From the NCBI GenBank assembly GCA_964016885.1, contig OZ024740.1:311488001-311552000 (forward strand): a stretch of 64,000 nucleotides of DNA, in the 5' to 3' direction. This document shows, one piece after another, positions 39,321 through 58,200 of this stretch; positions within the stretch are counted from its first letter, which is position 1, and each line of letters opens with the position of its first letter. The position numbers and the translations under genes are program-made. Source of the DNA: Eledone cirrhosa (taxonomy: Eukaryota). The notes beneath the pieces are model-generated. The model saw only the letters and a program-made list of their open reading frames with translations, did no database searches and was not told the origin of the DNA.

Positions 39321-40639
39321 AGTCCCCAAAGAAAAAGAGAGAAAGAAGGGGGAAGAAAGAATGAGAGAGAGAGAGAGAGAAAAGGAAAAGAAAGAAAGAA
39401 AGAAAGAGAGAGAGGAGGTTATAGCTAATTTGATAATATATCAGACATCCAATATAGGGGTCAGTAGTTCATAGCCGATCATAGGTACTCCATTGTGCCT
39501 TTGATCAAGACACTTAATTCCCACACCACAACTTATGACATTAACATGACATCATTATCAAACCAGCCAGCCACCCAGCAGAGACTTTTTTGTTGTAGAG
39601 TGGCAGGCTGACATCTACAGAGTTGAAGTTTTTTGGCAACTCAGCAATCTCACATTTTCCCTTAAATTACCAACAACTTGTCTTTGCCATAGGACACCAA
39701 TTCATTTCCCACCTCTCCTCTTCTCCATACAAACACCAACCTTATTCACACACTGTAAATTTCCACAACGCACTTCTTCCCCCAACATCCCTAGTTACCC
39801 TATTGTTTCTGTTTCGAACTACTCTACTGAACTCATCTTTAAATATCTTGACCAGCTCACCTTTGTTAGCCGCACTCATATCCACATGTATTATACTAAC
39901 CAGGCCCTCTACTTAATCTGCTACATTTTACCATGCATGCTAAGTTCCTCTATACCATCATACTCCACTTAAACACAGAACCCCCTATTTTTTTCTTTTC
40001 CAAAGAATTTTTTTTACTAACAGTTTACTGGAGTGGCCATTCCCTATTTGTTTGTGTGCATGATTGATAATTACCCCCCATTACACTCTTTTATACCAAA
40101 AACCACATACCCCTGCTTACATTCATTCTGTCATATCCAACTATGTTTGTTCAATACTACAAAACAACCTATCTCTAACCATTTTGATTCTCCGTCATCT
40201 CTTCTGTATGTCCCTACATTTTCAGATCTATTATCAACACTTCTTTCATTATCTTTATCTGAGGGCTATAGATTGGCAGTATCAGTAGAGGGTCGTAGCA
40301 TAGAGTTACGGCTCTTTATGATGTGAGTTCAAATCCCGCCAAGGTTAACTTTGCCTTTCATCCTTATGGGGTCGATAAAATAAAGTACCAGTCATGCAGT
40401 GGGGTCGATTTAATCAACTTCCCCTCCCCCCAAATTACTGGCTTTGTGCCTATATGAGAAACCATTATCTTTAGGTCAACTTTACTTCAAAAAATCTTTA
40501 CTGTATATTTCACTGAATAGTTTTCATTTATTCTCCTTATATTACTATACCAGTCCAGCTACATCTCCTATCACACATACACTTTCAGTTTCTCAGCATT
40601 TCACTTAATTAACACACAAAACCAAGTCAACAAGGTAGC

Positions 40640-40870
40640 CTTCATGTGGTCATTGAACCTGGTAAAAATAGCAACCAAATCGCCCTCACTTCATACTTCA
40701 CAATCTTCATGAAAGACAGACAGATAATGATCCTTTAACAGACAATGTCTAAGATGTAGACCTTGATACACTATAAATGAAAGATGGGATGGTCACAGCT
40801 GGAACACTTTTTTATCATATGACTGCTTGATAAAAACTGACATTGGCCTAAACAGCCACAACAATAACAG
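40640..40870 (+). repeat. Dispersed repeat of about 250 bp with a (CAA)n-like tail (unclassified SINE or LINE 3' end)
   Basis: GACCTGCTAGAAATAGCAGCCAAATCTCCCTC...GGTCATGGCTGGAA-like consensus. Related copies at about 7070-7160, 23980-24120, 42340-42420, 43070-43200, 46680-46960 (-), 54830-55000 and 56475-56665. Confidence 0.65.
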
Positions 40871-40905
40871 AAAACATTGCAATTAAACAGAAGGATTTTA
40901 TTCAA

Positions 40906-45907
<5,002 letters not shown>

Positions 45908-47979
45908 TTAGAATTGTAACTAAAGAACAAAGCTGTTTTTTTTTCTTTATTTGGTTAGGGAGGGAAGAGCAGCACCCATGACTCTTATTTTTTCAGTGCC
46001 TTCAAGACTGAAGAGAGGAAGAAAGGAAGTTTTCCACAAATGAGAAATCTAGCCCAAATGATTACAACAAAGTTGACTCCACTAAAGGTACATAAGGACC
46101 ACGTGGCAGTGTTAAACCAAACAATAGATTAAGTCACCCAAAAACTCAGAATGCAGTGATCTGGAGCAAACATCAATGCTGTAAAGATTTCATCTGGACT
46201 GATACTTTATTATATTGACCCCAAAAGGATGTAAAACCAAATCAACCTTGGTGGAATTTGAACCCAACATGCAGAGGGCTGAAACAAATACCACAAGGCA
46301 TTTTTTTCTATGCTCCAACAACTCTGCCAGTTTATTAATATTATTCCTTAGCTAGTCTATTTCTTTTGGATCAATACAATTAACTTATAGATGGAGGCCT
46401 GTGAGATTTAGCTCTAGTTCTGGCTACATTCACAGAAGTTGGACTCAGTATTGTGAATCAATGAAGCCCTCATCAATTTGGCAATATTGCCTGTTTACAG
46501 CAGAAATCCATACCTCAAGATATCTAATTATAACCAAGTGAACTGGGCTATTGAGAGTTAAGAGTCTTAAGTATTGACACAGTACAGTATTGCTACAAGA
46601 GATTCCAAATGTGTAAATCTTAGTAGATACTTAAAATTCTTTAGAAAAATATTGCAATGTGTATGTGGATGGTGTAGTTGCTGCTATTGTTTAGACCAAA
46701 TCAAACAGACTTATTATTCTAGTGAAAACAGTCATTTTTTTCAGACTTAATATATCAAAGACACATTATCAAATGGGTCTTTTCTTTTTATGAGAGGTGT
46801 GATCTGAAGGATATTTGACTGTTACTTCTAACAGGTAGAGCAACCACATATAGATTCCCAGTGAGTGCTTGTTGCTGTTTAATCTCAAAGTTATGCCTGA
46901 TTGAGCAGACCTATGAGCAAAGGAATTCCAGCCATGACTATCCCTTCATCGTGAATTTCAAATTATGTTATCTAATATGTCTATTTCTATAATGGTAGAG
47001 AGAGTTGGCTGCTATTTTAGAGGCTTTCTCATTAGTTTGTATGAGTTTGTTTATAAAGATGGCAGGCAACAATCTATTCTCAATACCTCATTCTCAATTC
47101 ATGAAGCTGGTAATTAACATACAGTAGAAAAAATCAGATGTAACAAATAGAGTTAAACACCAAAAGTTGGATATTTCATTGAATATTATTTCATGTTTTT
47201 ATCACCTGTGTAAAAAACAAAATGAATTGAACTGTCATCTTCCTATTTGTTTTGACAATATTCTGTTTGCAACCGTAAAATCCAAGATTCCTTCAAAGCT
47301 CTACTACTTTGTCATATTAACTCAAGGGATGGGAGTGAAATAGTTGTTGCAGTGCTTATAAACTCCAATGATTTGTATGATGTGAAATATCAACTAGAGA
47401 TTGAAATCCATACTAAATTTATTTTGCTCGTCACCAGAATTATATTGAGTTAATTTAATTAGTAGGGTTAGTTCAAGGATGCTCTTTGTTGAATCATGTT
47501 TTGTGTTTGATAGAATCAATTGGAGATATTATACCTGTTCACACGTGACAATACTTTGCTTCATATATTACACTTCTATGAACACCAGAGATAGATGAAG
47601 CCAGTCATATTCTAGGAATAGAAAGAAGTTATGAGAGTCTTTGTTTTTTCAAACATGTTAAGAAAAGCAATTTAATATTTGTTACTGGTTTTTTACATTA
47701 GCAAAATATCATAAATTTACAGAGAAAAAATATATTTTATTGATTCCCAGAGATAATGAAATGCCTGACAGAATTTGAATTCAGAATATAGAAGGCCAAA
47801 CTAAATATTGTATAATACATTGCCCTGTGCTCAACCGGCTAACAGCAACCAAATCTTACTTAATTCACACCGTTCAGTCATGGGAAAGGAAGGGGACATT
47901 GGATCATGTCGTCCACTAAAACCAAAACCATGAAAAAAGATAGAGAAGGATAGTAATTACAGGTATGCCATTGACATAC

Positions 47980-49680
47980 TTGATCAGGCCGACGTAGGGC
48001 TAAAAATTCGTTAGAACGATTAAAATCACTAAATGTTTTTCATAACGAAATTAAAAACAGTATAATTTTGGGGGGTTATTAATGCATTAGTGAATCTTCT
48101 TTTAAACTATTTATTAATCTGAAAATGTATAACCATATTTCTTAAATACTTCAGGATTTCGAACGTGACTGCCTGGAAGTTCCTACACTTATTTAGAGTT
48201 TGATATAAAAAAAAAACGTGAAGATTAAGGATGTATTTCGAGTATAATTTGAAGAAAGACAATTAAAATTATCATTCTTTAAACAAAACAAAAAATAATA
48301 ACGATAATCAGAATAGGAAATATTTAAGTAAAATTATAAAATTGTTTACATTTGAGATATTAGAACGAGTTTAGTCATTTGATTAAGAGTAGCTTTGCTG
48401 AAACACAAGCAATATAAGTTTCGTATAATAAATTATTCATTGCAGTGGATTTAATTTTAACTATAACTTAATTGATTTTTTAAAATATTGTTATATTAGT
48501 GTGTTTTGTTTTATTCTGTAGACTTTTGAATTTATAAAGTTTACCTAATTTGTTATGTCAAAGTAAACACATTTTAAAGATTAAAAATGGCGGCCGTCGG
48601 TAAAAGTCCATCGAAACGGAAATCAACAAAGTTAAAAAGTTCTACTGGTAATTCATTAGGTGCTCCTCCAGCTTCGAAAAAGAAGAAATCGAATCCTGTA
48701 AGTATCAATAATATGTTAGTTTCAATTAAAATTGTCGAATTGAAATGCTATTTTCCTCATTTTAATACACGTAAAGGCGGTATGTTGACAATCGTTAGAT
48801 CACCGGGCATGGTGCTTGTAGTATCTAATTACAGAACTTTACACATTGAGTTCAAATCCTGCCTAGGTCGATCACTATAAAACACCTTAGGTGTGAATGA
48901 GATTATGATAGAAGGCAAAAACGTTTCTCGTCGTTATTATAGAGCAATTATTTCCCTTTATATTTACCTGTTATATGCTCCCTTACGTAAGTAAAAAGAA
49001 GCTTCGAATGTATAGAAGTAGGAATTTGTGACATTCATGCTTTTCTCAACGACATAAGTGACATATCTGAAGCGTTGCTACAAACACAGAAACTGACTTG
49101 CGATCTCTATTCGCTGAAAACTTACTACTTCGGTACGGAACTTGTTCTATAATCGATTCAAATATCTAGGTTTGGAAGTGAATATTTTCTTTTAACTAAT
49201 CTTCAAGTTTCATCGCCACTTGAAGATTTTCTTTTATTATTGCATTTCATGTTTAACATGTATAATTGACGATATAAATATCTCTCCTTTCATATACTAT
49301 ATATCCTGTTGATTGCTTAACTTTTCATTGTTAGTCGTGTATCGGGGAAAGGTAATTTCAACATTATATACATTTCACAAAAAAGGTTAACGACACAGCT
49401 TGATAACGTTTGTCCACTTCATTTTGCGGTCCGGTTACGTATGCAGAGTTTGAGAAGGTGGGTGGTCCGCATTTGGTTTGTCGAATTCGAAGGGTGATTT
49501 AGGTTTGGTTTGGCCGGAGTCATGAGTTCAGGTTGGCGTTCGGTTTAGGATGTTTACTGAGTTTTTGTGGACTGATTGGAGCAATAACGGTCGTATTTAC
49601 CTCTATAATCTGGTGTAACGAAAATAAAAAAGAAAGCATCTGTAAACACTCGGCTTATCGGGAAATGCTGTTTGCGCTAT
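47980..49680. promoter_or_regulatory. Probable shared/bidirectional promoter region of METTL5 and INO80C
   Basis: Head-to-head start codons 2.7 kb apart; CpG is visibly retained here compared with the flanking introns. The TSS cannot be determined from sequence. Confidence 0.5.
48587..48697 (+). CDS. INO80C: INO80C coding exon 1 (basic, NLS-like: MAAVGKSPSKRKS...KKKKSNP)
   Basis: AAAATGG start context, GTAAGT donor, phase 0. This part is poorly conserved, so it is less certain. Confidence 0.8.
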
Positions 49681-52600
49681 TTAATTTATTATTGCTGTTA
49701 TTTTAATTACTGATTTGTAAAATAAATAGAAATACGAAAGAAATGAAAGTAAAGGCAACACAGTTAATTGTAAATATAAAATTCATTGATTTATATATGA
49801 CAAAAATATCTGAACTTCATCTACTACCTTAATTATGAAAACAAAAAGAAACTTTGACTAAATATATTTACCTGTGCCTACAAAAAATATAATAATGACG
49901 TGTGGCACATCTAATGACCCATGGGCTACGCCTAAATGTTCACTTGACTAACTGCATGGTTTAAGTCAACTCTAATTGACTTAAACTATGAATTGATAGA
50001 TTACCAGAAAATCAGCTGATTTAGCGACCCCGTAAGGATGAAAGGCAAAGTTAACCTCGGCGGGATTTGAACTCAGAATGGCAAGGGCCGTAACTCTATG
50101 CGTCAAAGCATGGCGTCCGACCCTCTACCGATACTGCCAATGAAATATTGTGTACAGTGCTCAGGTGCACCACAACTCATCAAAAAGTGTATGTATAGTA
50201 CATAGGGCAATGTACAAACGTCAGGAAAATGAACAGTGCATGAGTCATGATATACACGTGTGCATGTGTATGGAAGGGGTACATCAGGTGTAGTTTTGGC
50301 GTATTTCGGGAAGCATGAGGGTTTTAAAGGATGCAGTGTCTCGGCAGCTAACAACTGACGCAGACAGTTTCTTCCATGCTTCAGCAACTCTGAGCGTGAA
50401 AAAATGTTTACGAAAGTCATGGGAGCTGTGCTGTTTTCTGATTTTGTAGGCATGTCCACGTGTGTTAGACACATGGAGATCAAAAAGGTGCTCAGGGTTG
50501 TTGTTGGCGAGATGGTTAATAACTTTGTGGGTGTTTACCAAATCCATTGCCAGACGTCGGAGCTTCAATGAATCCATGCCCAGAGAAGCAAAGCATTCAG
50601 AGTATGGTAGGTGTCTGATGGAGAGTATGCGCTTGGTTGCACGTCTCTGAACAGTTTCCAGGAGGTCAATGTTCTGAGCAAGATAGGGGTTCCAGACTGA
50701 TGATGCGAATTACAAGTGTGGTCGTACCATAGCTGTATACAGCTTTAAATAGATGGCTGGAGAGCGGCTAAACACGCCTGTGCATAAACAGCAATAACTT
50801 ACGACTAATTCAATCGATCATGTTGAAACATGCTGCGTTACCATGTATTCATAGGAAAATCAGTACCCTCACTTTGGGTCAAACCTCGTATGATTAGTTT
50901 TTTCGTTGTTTTGGTATTGTATGGCTGGGTTTACCTGCCGCAATTTGCAATTTGTCAAGCTGTCTAAACGTATGTTATTACTCTAAGGACCTACCCTTAT
51001 TGAGTGCTTTGCTACTCATTCCTAATTATAGGTCGCTTTGCTTGGCCGCAGCCAAAGCTTCCATTTTACTAAGCTTCCACTTGTATATATATATACACAC
51101 ACACAGTACATTTACACAGTATATATATACACACACTACATTTTTTCTTAGTTTGGAATTCCTCCCGTGGTTGCCAAGTCCCTCCCATTTGGAATTACTG
51201 ATTTATATCGTTTATCTTTCTGAGATCAATAAAATAAGTATTAGTAATATACTAGAATTGATTCAAATGACTAAACACCTATTCCTACCAAATTTCTTTG
51301 TGTATCTTGCTACGGTGTCGAGACACTGCATCCTTTAAAACCTCCATGCTTCCTGAGATTCACCAACACTACACCTAATATTCCCCTTCCATACACACAC
51401 ACACACATGTATATCATGACTCATACACTATTCACTTCCCTGACATTTGTATATATATCCATGAACAAACAAACAAAAATTACAATATATTTTAGTTTTT
51501 TTTTTTCTAGCTTATTTTGATAAAATCCCTACTAAAATATTCTAATGCCTGACTTGAAATATTCTATCAGTTTTGTTTTCTGTTCTATTTTAAATGATAG
51601 CTTCCTCCTTTACCACCAGTAGAAAGTGAAGAACTGGAAGATCCAAACATGACAACAACAGAATATGTTGAGAGAATTCCAATTTTTAAAGATCCTAATT
51701 TTGTGGTATGTGTTTAGTTTTATGCATTTAGCATTATTTCGTAAATATAAACTTTTTTTATAATATTAGTCATTATATGCACCAATTTAATCCTTTCAAT
51801 ACCATATTATTAATGAAAGAAACTACCTATGATTTCCAAATCATTTTGAAAATAATCCAGATTTTGGATTGATATAACTAACTTTTTCATTATTGGAACA
51901 TAACTTAACAAAGGTTCTTACATAAAATTACTATGAAATTTTTGTATCAAAATGTTTTAGGTGGTTTGGTATCAAAAGGATTACAAGAAAAACAAATCCA
52001 CTGACAGAACTCAAACCATAAATTCTTAATAGTTATTTCATTAATTGTTTTGTTGATAATGATGATGACAATAATAATGTCAGGAAACTAAAAGAAGTTA
52101 TATTTCAACAAAACATTCTTTTCAGCAGTGTTTACTAGCCAATATCTGACCAATTCTGCAGTATAAAGACAGATTCTATTTTATCAACTCAGCAATATTA
52201 AACTAGTTTCTGTGGTTTCACCAATTCATACACTGTTCGCTTTCCTGACATTCGTACATTATTCTATGTACTATACATGCACCTTTGATAAATTGTAGTG
52301 TTTCTGAGCACTGTACACAATTTTCATTATTATTATTGGCAGTATCGGTAGAGTCAGACGCCATGCTTTCCAGCATAGTTACGTCCCTTTACGGTTTGAG
52401 TTCAAATCCTGCCGAGGTCGATAAAATAAAAGTACCAGTAATGTACTAGGTAATTGCCGGCCTTGTGCCAAAAATAGAAACAATTATTATTATAATTCAA
52501 TAATATTGAGTCAGTTTCTGTATCTGTTTGACCGATTCAGTAATGTTAAGTTAGTTTCTGTGCTTGATCAACCTTCTGTAAAATTTATTTGATAAAAAAA

Positions 52601-55216
52601 ACTAAAAAAAAAACTATGTCTATTTCCACAATCCCTTATATATTTTTCTATTTTGAATATTTTTAAGCACTCTACAAAAGGAGCTGCTGGTGCCAAAAAA
52701 AGGGGATGGAAAAACCTAAAACAAATAATAGCTTCTGAACGGGCCCTGCAATGGCCACCCAATGCTGTTACCTGTAAGTCTTTATCATGCATCTAATTTT
52801 TTTAAGTTCTATTTACTGTTTAGTCAGAATTAGAAGTTTCTGAGACTGGAGGGAGGAGAAAAGTATCTTCAAACCAGTAACCAACACTATGCCTCATATC
52901 CCCTCCATACACATATGTCTGTCTGTATATCATGACACATACACTGTTCACTTTCCTGATATTTGTACATTATTCTATGTACTATACATGCACCTTTGAT
53001 GAGTTGTAGTGCACCCGAGCACTGCACACAATAATTTTCATTATTATCATAATTAAAGGCCACATGGTGGTATTAGATTGTGTGATGGATTAAGACCACT
53101 ATGCTATTAGGCTATAGTGGGATTGGAACACGAGCCAGAACAAATACTCTAATTTTATCTGCCCTTCTAGAAATTCTGCCAGTCTACAACCCTAGACTAA
53201 TCTTTTATTCTATCAAAACCTAAAAATACGAAAGGAAAATTTGACCATGGCAGGATTTGAACTCTGAGACATTTTGTCCAGTGCTCTCATGACTCAACTA
53301 TCTGAACATTTTTTGAAAAATTAATCCTAGACAAAACTATTCAGTTCAATTATTGATATCTAGTTATTAAACTAAACTAATTTATGAAATTAAACCAATT
53401 CCAATATTGATCTTCACTGAAGTAAGCTTCTCAATAAAATTTCACAAATGTAGCATTGATGATCTTTTTGTGCTACTGAATTTGATATTGTGCATCAGTT
53501 ACTGAATAAGGCTGCTCAATGAAGTTGGATAGACCTGCAAATTTATAAATTTACCTTAATTATTGAAGCAAGTGTCTTTTTTTTTCTTTTTTGTTGTTTT
53601 ATAGCTTGTTGTTTTTTCCTAATCTCAACCTATCAACCATGTCAGGTTTCAGGTAAAGCAATTACCAACCATGGACGAGCCATTTTAATCATTTAACCCT
53701 TTAGCGTTTACATTGCTCTATATTTACTATTGTATTTTCACAGTAAAGGCTTTATTTCACATAATATCAAATCTATGATATTTTGATATTTATTTTGAGA
53801 ACAATACATTAACGTTGGTATGAGTGACCAGTTATGGCCAGTCTGAACAGAATGAGGTGAGAGAATTCTGGCCGGATATGGCCAGTTTAAATGCTCATGG
53901 ATTAAGAGCACTACACAAAAGCTGTTTACTTCACTTTTCATTTATTTCAAGAGATGTCAAAATTTACATCATACTTCTATGATCTGGTTGCATTAAATCA
54001 GGTTGCACATTATTTTTTATCTGGACAGTGTTTGAACTTGTAAGATTAGGTCAATAATCCCAAATATTAACCACTTTTTCCTCTTGCAGCAATGGAGAAA
54101 TGTTAATTATTTCATCATTTATACTGTTGCTATATTTTCAGACAGTAGCATAGAAGGTCCTCCATCATTCAAACCAGCTAAAAAATACTCAGACATATCT
54201 GGTCTTCATGTAAGTAGACTTCAAAAACAAATTCATTGTTAGCTAGTCATTTGTATTAATATTAGCATTGAGGAGTTGGCATTTTAATACAAGAGATCAA
54301 TATTTACTTGAGTAAATATTGATCTCTTCCAGTGATACAAGATCACAAATTTTGATTTAAGTATGAAACTAATATAAATTTTATCCCAAGCTAGAAGTGA
54401 AAACCTTGTTGATTAAATGTTACTTGGAATTTATTTTAGCTCTTTACTGTGTTTGTCATCGTGTCACTATCTTTATAAGTAAATAATTGTTTCTACTTTT
54501 TGGCACAAGGCCAGCAATTATCTCAGTGTATTACTGGTACTTTATTTTATCGACCCCGTAAGGATGAAAGGCAAAGTTAACCTCGGCGGGATTTGAACTC
54601 AGTTCTGCCAATCCACCGCCTGTATTTATAACTGTGCTACAAAGCATGGCGTCCGACCCTCTACCGATACTGCCAATCCACCACCTGTATTTATAAGTAA
54701 ATAATAATTCCTATCATAAGACAGAATGCCACAAATTTTGGAGGATAGGTAGAGTGAATTTAATCAATATCAGTTTATGACTGGTACTTATTTTAATCAA
54801 CCTTGGAGAGATGAAAATCAAAGCTGACTCTGGTGAGTTGCTCAAACTGCTAGATAAAGCAGCTGCCCCACCCCTTTCAGGAAAGATCATTTTAGATAAT
54901 GTAGTCCTACATACTCACTAAAAATATGGGTTTGTCATGGTTGAAACACCTTTGATCATAAATCTGCTTAATATAGATTGACCTTGAAGGCTTACACAAA
55001 AATCACAGCATATTGTTGAGTAAATTGTTATTACAGCCTCTTATTTACTAAGACAAATAATTTGATATAATTTCTTCATTTCAGTCTGATTACAGAGATC
55101 CACAAAGCAAGTTACGATATCATAATGCCAAAGAATTTTCTCAGCTACGAATGCTTCCCAGTGATTTAGTTTCTGCATATTTAGCTTTACGCAAAGCTAA
55201 TGCTCCAGTTCCATGA
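48587..55216 (+). CDS. INO80C: INO80 complex subunit C (IES6, YL1_C domain), 5-exon gene model (173 aa)
   Basis: join(48587-48697,51601-51705,52668-52773,54142-54209,55085-55216) = 522 nt, all GT-AG. FKDPNFVHS, WKNLKQIIASERAL, PPSFKPAKKYSDISGL, YRDPQSKLRY and YLALRKA match INO80C/Ies6. Confidence 0.93.
50140..50770 (-). mobile_element. CR1-clade LINE 3' end in INO80C intron 1
   Basis: LRRLAMDL...TRGHAYKIRK...RKHFFTLRVAEAWKKL is a typical CR1 C-terminus. Copies of its 3' UTR recur on the plus strand at about 51310-51455, 52225-52335 and 52880-53050. Confidence 0.85.
51601..51705 (+). CDS. INO80C: INO80C exon 2 (LPPLPPVESEE...IFKDPNFV)
   Basis: TAG acceptor, GTATGT donor, phase 0-0. Confidence 0.88.
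52668..52773 (+). CDS. INO80C: INO80C exon 3 (HSTKGAAGAKKRGWKNLKQIIASERALQWPPNAVT)
   Basis: AAG acceptor, GTAAGT donor. Confidence 0.93.
54142..54209 (+). CDS. INO80C: INO80C exon 4 (SSIEGPPSFKPAKKYSDISGLH)
   Basis: CAG acceptor, GTAAGT donor; start of the YL1_C domain. Confidence 0.95.
54291..54328. repeat. Perfect 18-bp inverted repeat with 2-nt spacer
   Basis: AAGAGATCAATATTTACT-TG-AGTAAATATTGATCTCTT. Confidence 0.95.
54488..54689 (-). mobile_element. Family 2 SINE with 16-bp TSD and rearranged head
   Basis: TTTATAAGTAAATAAT at 54472-54487 and 54690-54705; internal near-duplication of TGCCAATCCACCGCCTGTATTTATAA. Confidence 0.8.
55085..55216 (+). CDS. INO80C: INO80C exon 5 (SDYRDPQSKLRY...YLALRKANAPVP*)
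   Basis: CAG acceptor; TGA at 55214-55216. Confidence 0.95.
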   Translation, partial: SDYRDPQSKLRYHNAKEFSQLRMLPSDLVSAYLALRKANAPVP

Positions 55217-58200
55217 AAAATCATTTGTCCTGCTATATATTAACCCTTCATTCATAACCTCATTATGTATATGTCTCACAAACTCTGAACTATATGTAAA
55301 AATATATGCAAGAAAAATTCTTGCACTCACCTATGGACCCATGAAAGTTTTTTTTTTGTTATTTATATTTAGTAATAATAATAATTAATAATTATACATT
55401 TATACTAGTTTGTTTTTAATTATCATCCTCCTCCCCCTCATCATAATCATTTAATGTCTGTTTAGCCTGCGAGCAAGGGTAGGTCAGGTTGTTACAGACA
55501 GGTCAGCACTTAAGCAGAGCTACTGACCTTTCAGATCGACTAGGACAAATAAAATTAACATACTTAATGATAGGGCCAACAATTTAAAGTAAATGGAAAG
55601 TAATAATAATAATTATTATCATAATTCATTAAAAAATATTTCCATCAACCTTCAGATGTATGCTTTTCTTTTATGTCATATTAGAATATTGCATTAATAC
55701 CCACAATTCTTCACTAGAATTTCAGAACTTCTAAAAGAAAAGTTAACATATTCTGAAACTATTCCAAATTACTTTTCACTATTCCTTATTTTACCAATAT
55801 TGGAATTGAAATATAAATATAAACCCACTGAATGGAAAAAGATGGTTATCAACACACAAAATTGGATTTTTCTTGTTTTTAAATCATTATATTTTATCAA
55901 TGTACTGGGTAATTTCTGGCCTTGTGCCAATAGTAGAAACAATTATATTTTATCATTTCATGTTAGCGTAAATGGGATGGTTTTCGTTGATGGAATAGTT
56001 TGTATAACTGGATGTTTTTTTCTTATTGTGAAGTAGAAAGCATCCTACGGCAATCAGAGTTTGTGCCTTAGTTCCTTAGGCAAGGCACACAACAACAAAT
56101 TCTTATTTTAGAATATATAATAGTATGCATCAAGGGACTGAAATCTTAATTACAATTTTTCACTTATTTCAAACTAAGAGGTAAATCAATAGCTTCTAAC
56201 AAGTTCAACCAGGAATATGTGGCTCTTTATTCTAGCTTAAGTGCTCTAAATTTATTTTTATTTTATTAAATTTGCAAACTTGTATTAAAATCAAATTTAT
56301 GGCTTATGACCCAAACAATTTTAGATGAGATTCAAAATCAATAATTGCATTGAATAAGAAAACATTTAACCAAATTCATGTTTTCTTGTAAGTGTTTATT
56401 TTTTATTATAATAAATTAACTCTAACAGTCTCAATTTCTTCAGGTTGGAAGGGTTCCCCACCCCTACCCTAGGCAGTTGCTTGACGTGTATGAAACAGCA
56501 ACAAAATCGCCCTCAATCCCACTCAACTTATTGTCTTGAAAAAGGAAGAAGACATTGGACAATGCAGTCCAGGTTATTCAAAAAGACAAGATGGTCACAG
56601 CCAGAATGTCTTTGATTATAGGTCAGCTCAATTATGGCTTACATGAAGACAAACAATAACAACAAAAAAATGTATTAAATAATTTTATTCATTAAAAAAT
56701 ATATATCTATGAACAAAATTAACATATAACAGATTTATATTTGAATGAATCATTATCATACAAAAACCTAAATCACTCCACCTCAATTTTGTTGATCAGT
56801 ATTTACCTAGCCACCTCTACTCCCCACTTCGATGAGCAACTCATTAACTCTTGACATCCTATAATGATTTAGAAGAAAATATCTGAAAACAAGTTTGTTA
56901 TTTCAAATGTTTATAGTATTTTTACTAGTGGACAGATTGTGAAAATGTTTTTAGTAAACTAAAGTAAAGCCTTTGATATTTAATGTGATGCAGTTATAAT
57001 GCTATTTCATACTTTTGAAGAATGTGTTGTTGATATGGTTTCATGTGACACAAGGTGTTAAAAGTTAATTTAAGTAATGTGGCTACCAGCTAGTACAGTT
57101 AAATGTCTTGCCCATAGACACAACACAATGCCTGTATGTATGGTATGAACTCAACCTGAGTACAAGGATTGCAGAAACCTGTCAAAATGGTAACTGCACA
57201 TCTTCGATGATTTAAATATATCAGATTCATAAACAAAAATAGATATGGTTTTCTTTTTCTTTTTACACAGATTTGTAAAAATAATGTGGTAAAAATGATT
57301 TCTTAGATTTACAGAAGACTGTATATTCCATACATATATATATATATATATATACTCATGCATAATGCGACCCTTGATTTTTTTTTCACTGAGTGAAAGC
57401 TTTTGAGCAATACTGCTAGGTCTTTCTTAGTGGAATGTTTCAATACAAGGTAAAATCTTAGATGCATTTTTTAGCAAATAAACATTGGTAATTAACCAGA
57501 TTATCTGACTATATTTTTTCAGTTGTACTATACATCTTTTTTAGTATATAGTCATCCCCAGTATATTAAGAAAAATTACTTAAAACACCTGATAGAATGA
57601 GGATTTGCAGATACATGTATTATTGTTCAGGCCCGACAGTATTGCTCATGGCACAGTAGGCTATCAGTAATTATAACAGTAAGCTCCTTCGACTCTTATG
57701 AAGCCTAGTTTCTTTTCAATTGTTGTTACAAAAAAATTTCCTCCATTATATATATATCACTTAAAATCTATAAATACCTTATATAAGTGAAAAATAAACA
57801 ATGCTTTTTTTTTTTCTTACTCAAATTAGCATACATCTTTATTTGAATGTGTTTACATCACTGAGGTACTGCCTCTCAACGATATACTTCAGCTGAGACT
57901 CCTTATTCTGTTTTCTCTTATTTAAAAAAAATTTACATTGTATGGTAGCCCTACTGAGTAGCCACCAAAAGTACATAAATACCCCTCTGTATATAGTGTG
58001 ACTTCCTATATTTTGCAGTAAAATTTGATCATAAAAATCACACTAAACTTGAGTATATGAGGTAGTCAATTGAATCAACCTCATTACATAAACAGTATTT
58101 ATTTTATTGACTTTGATTGAATGGAAAAGTGAACTCTAAAATTTGTGCCAATGAAAGCAGTGATGATTATTATCATAATAAGCAGAATCAGTATAGGGCC

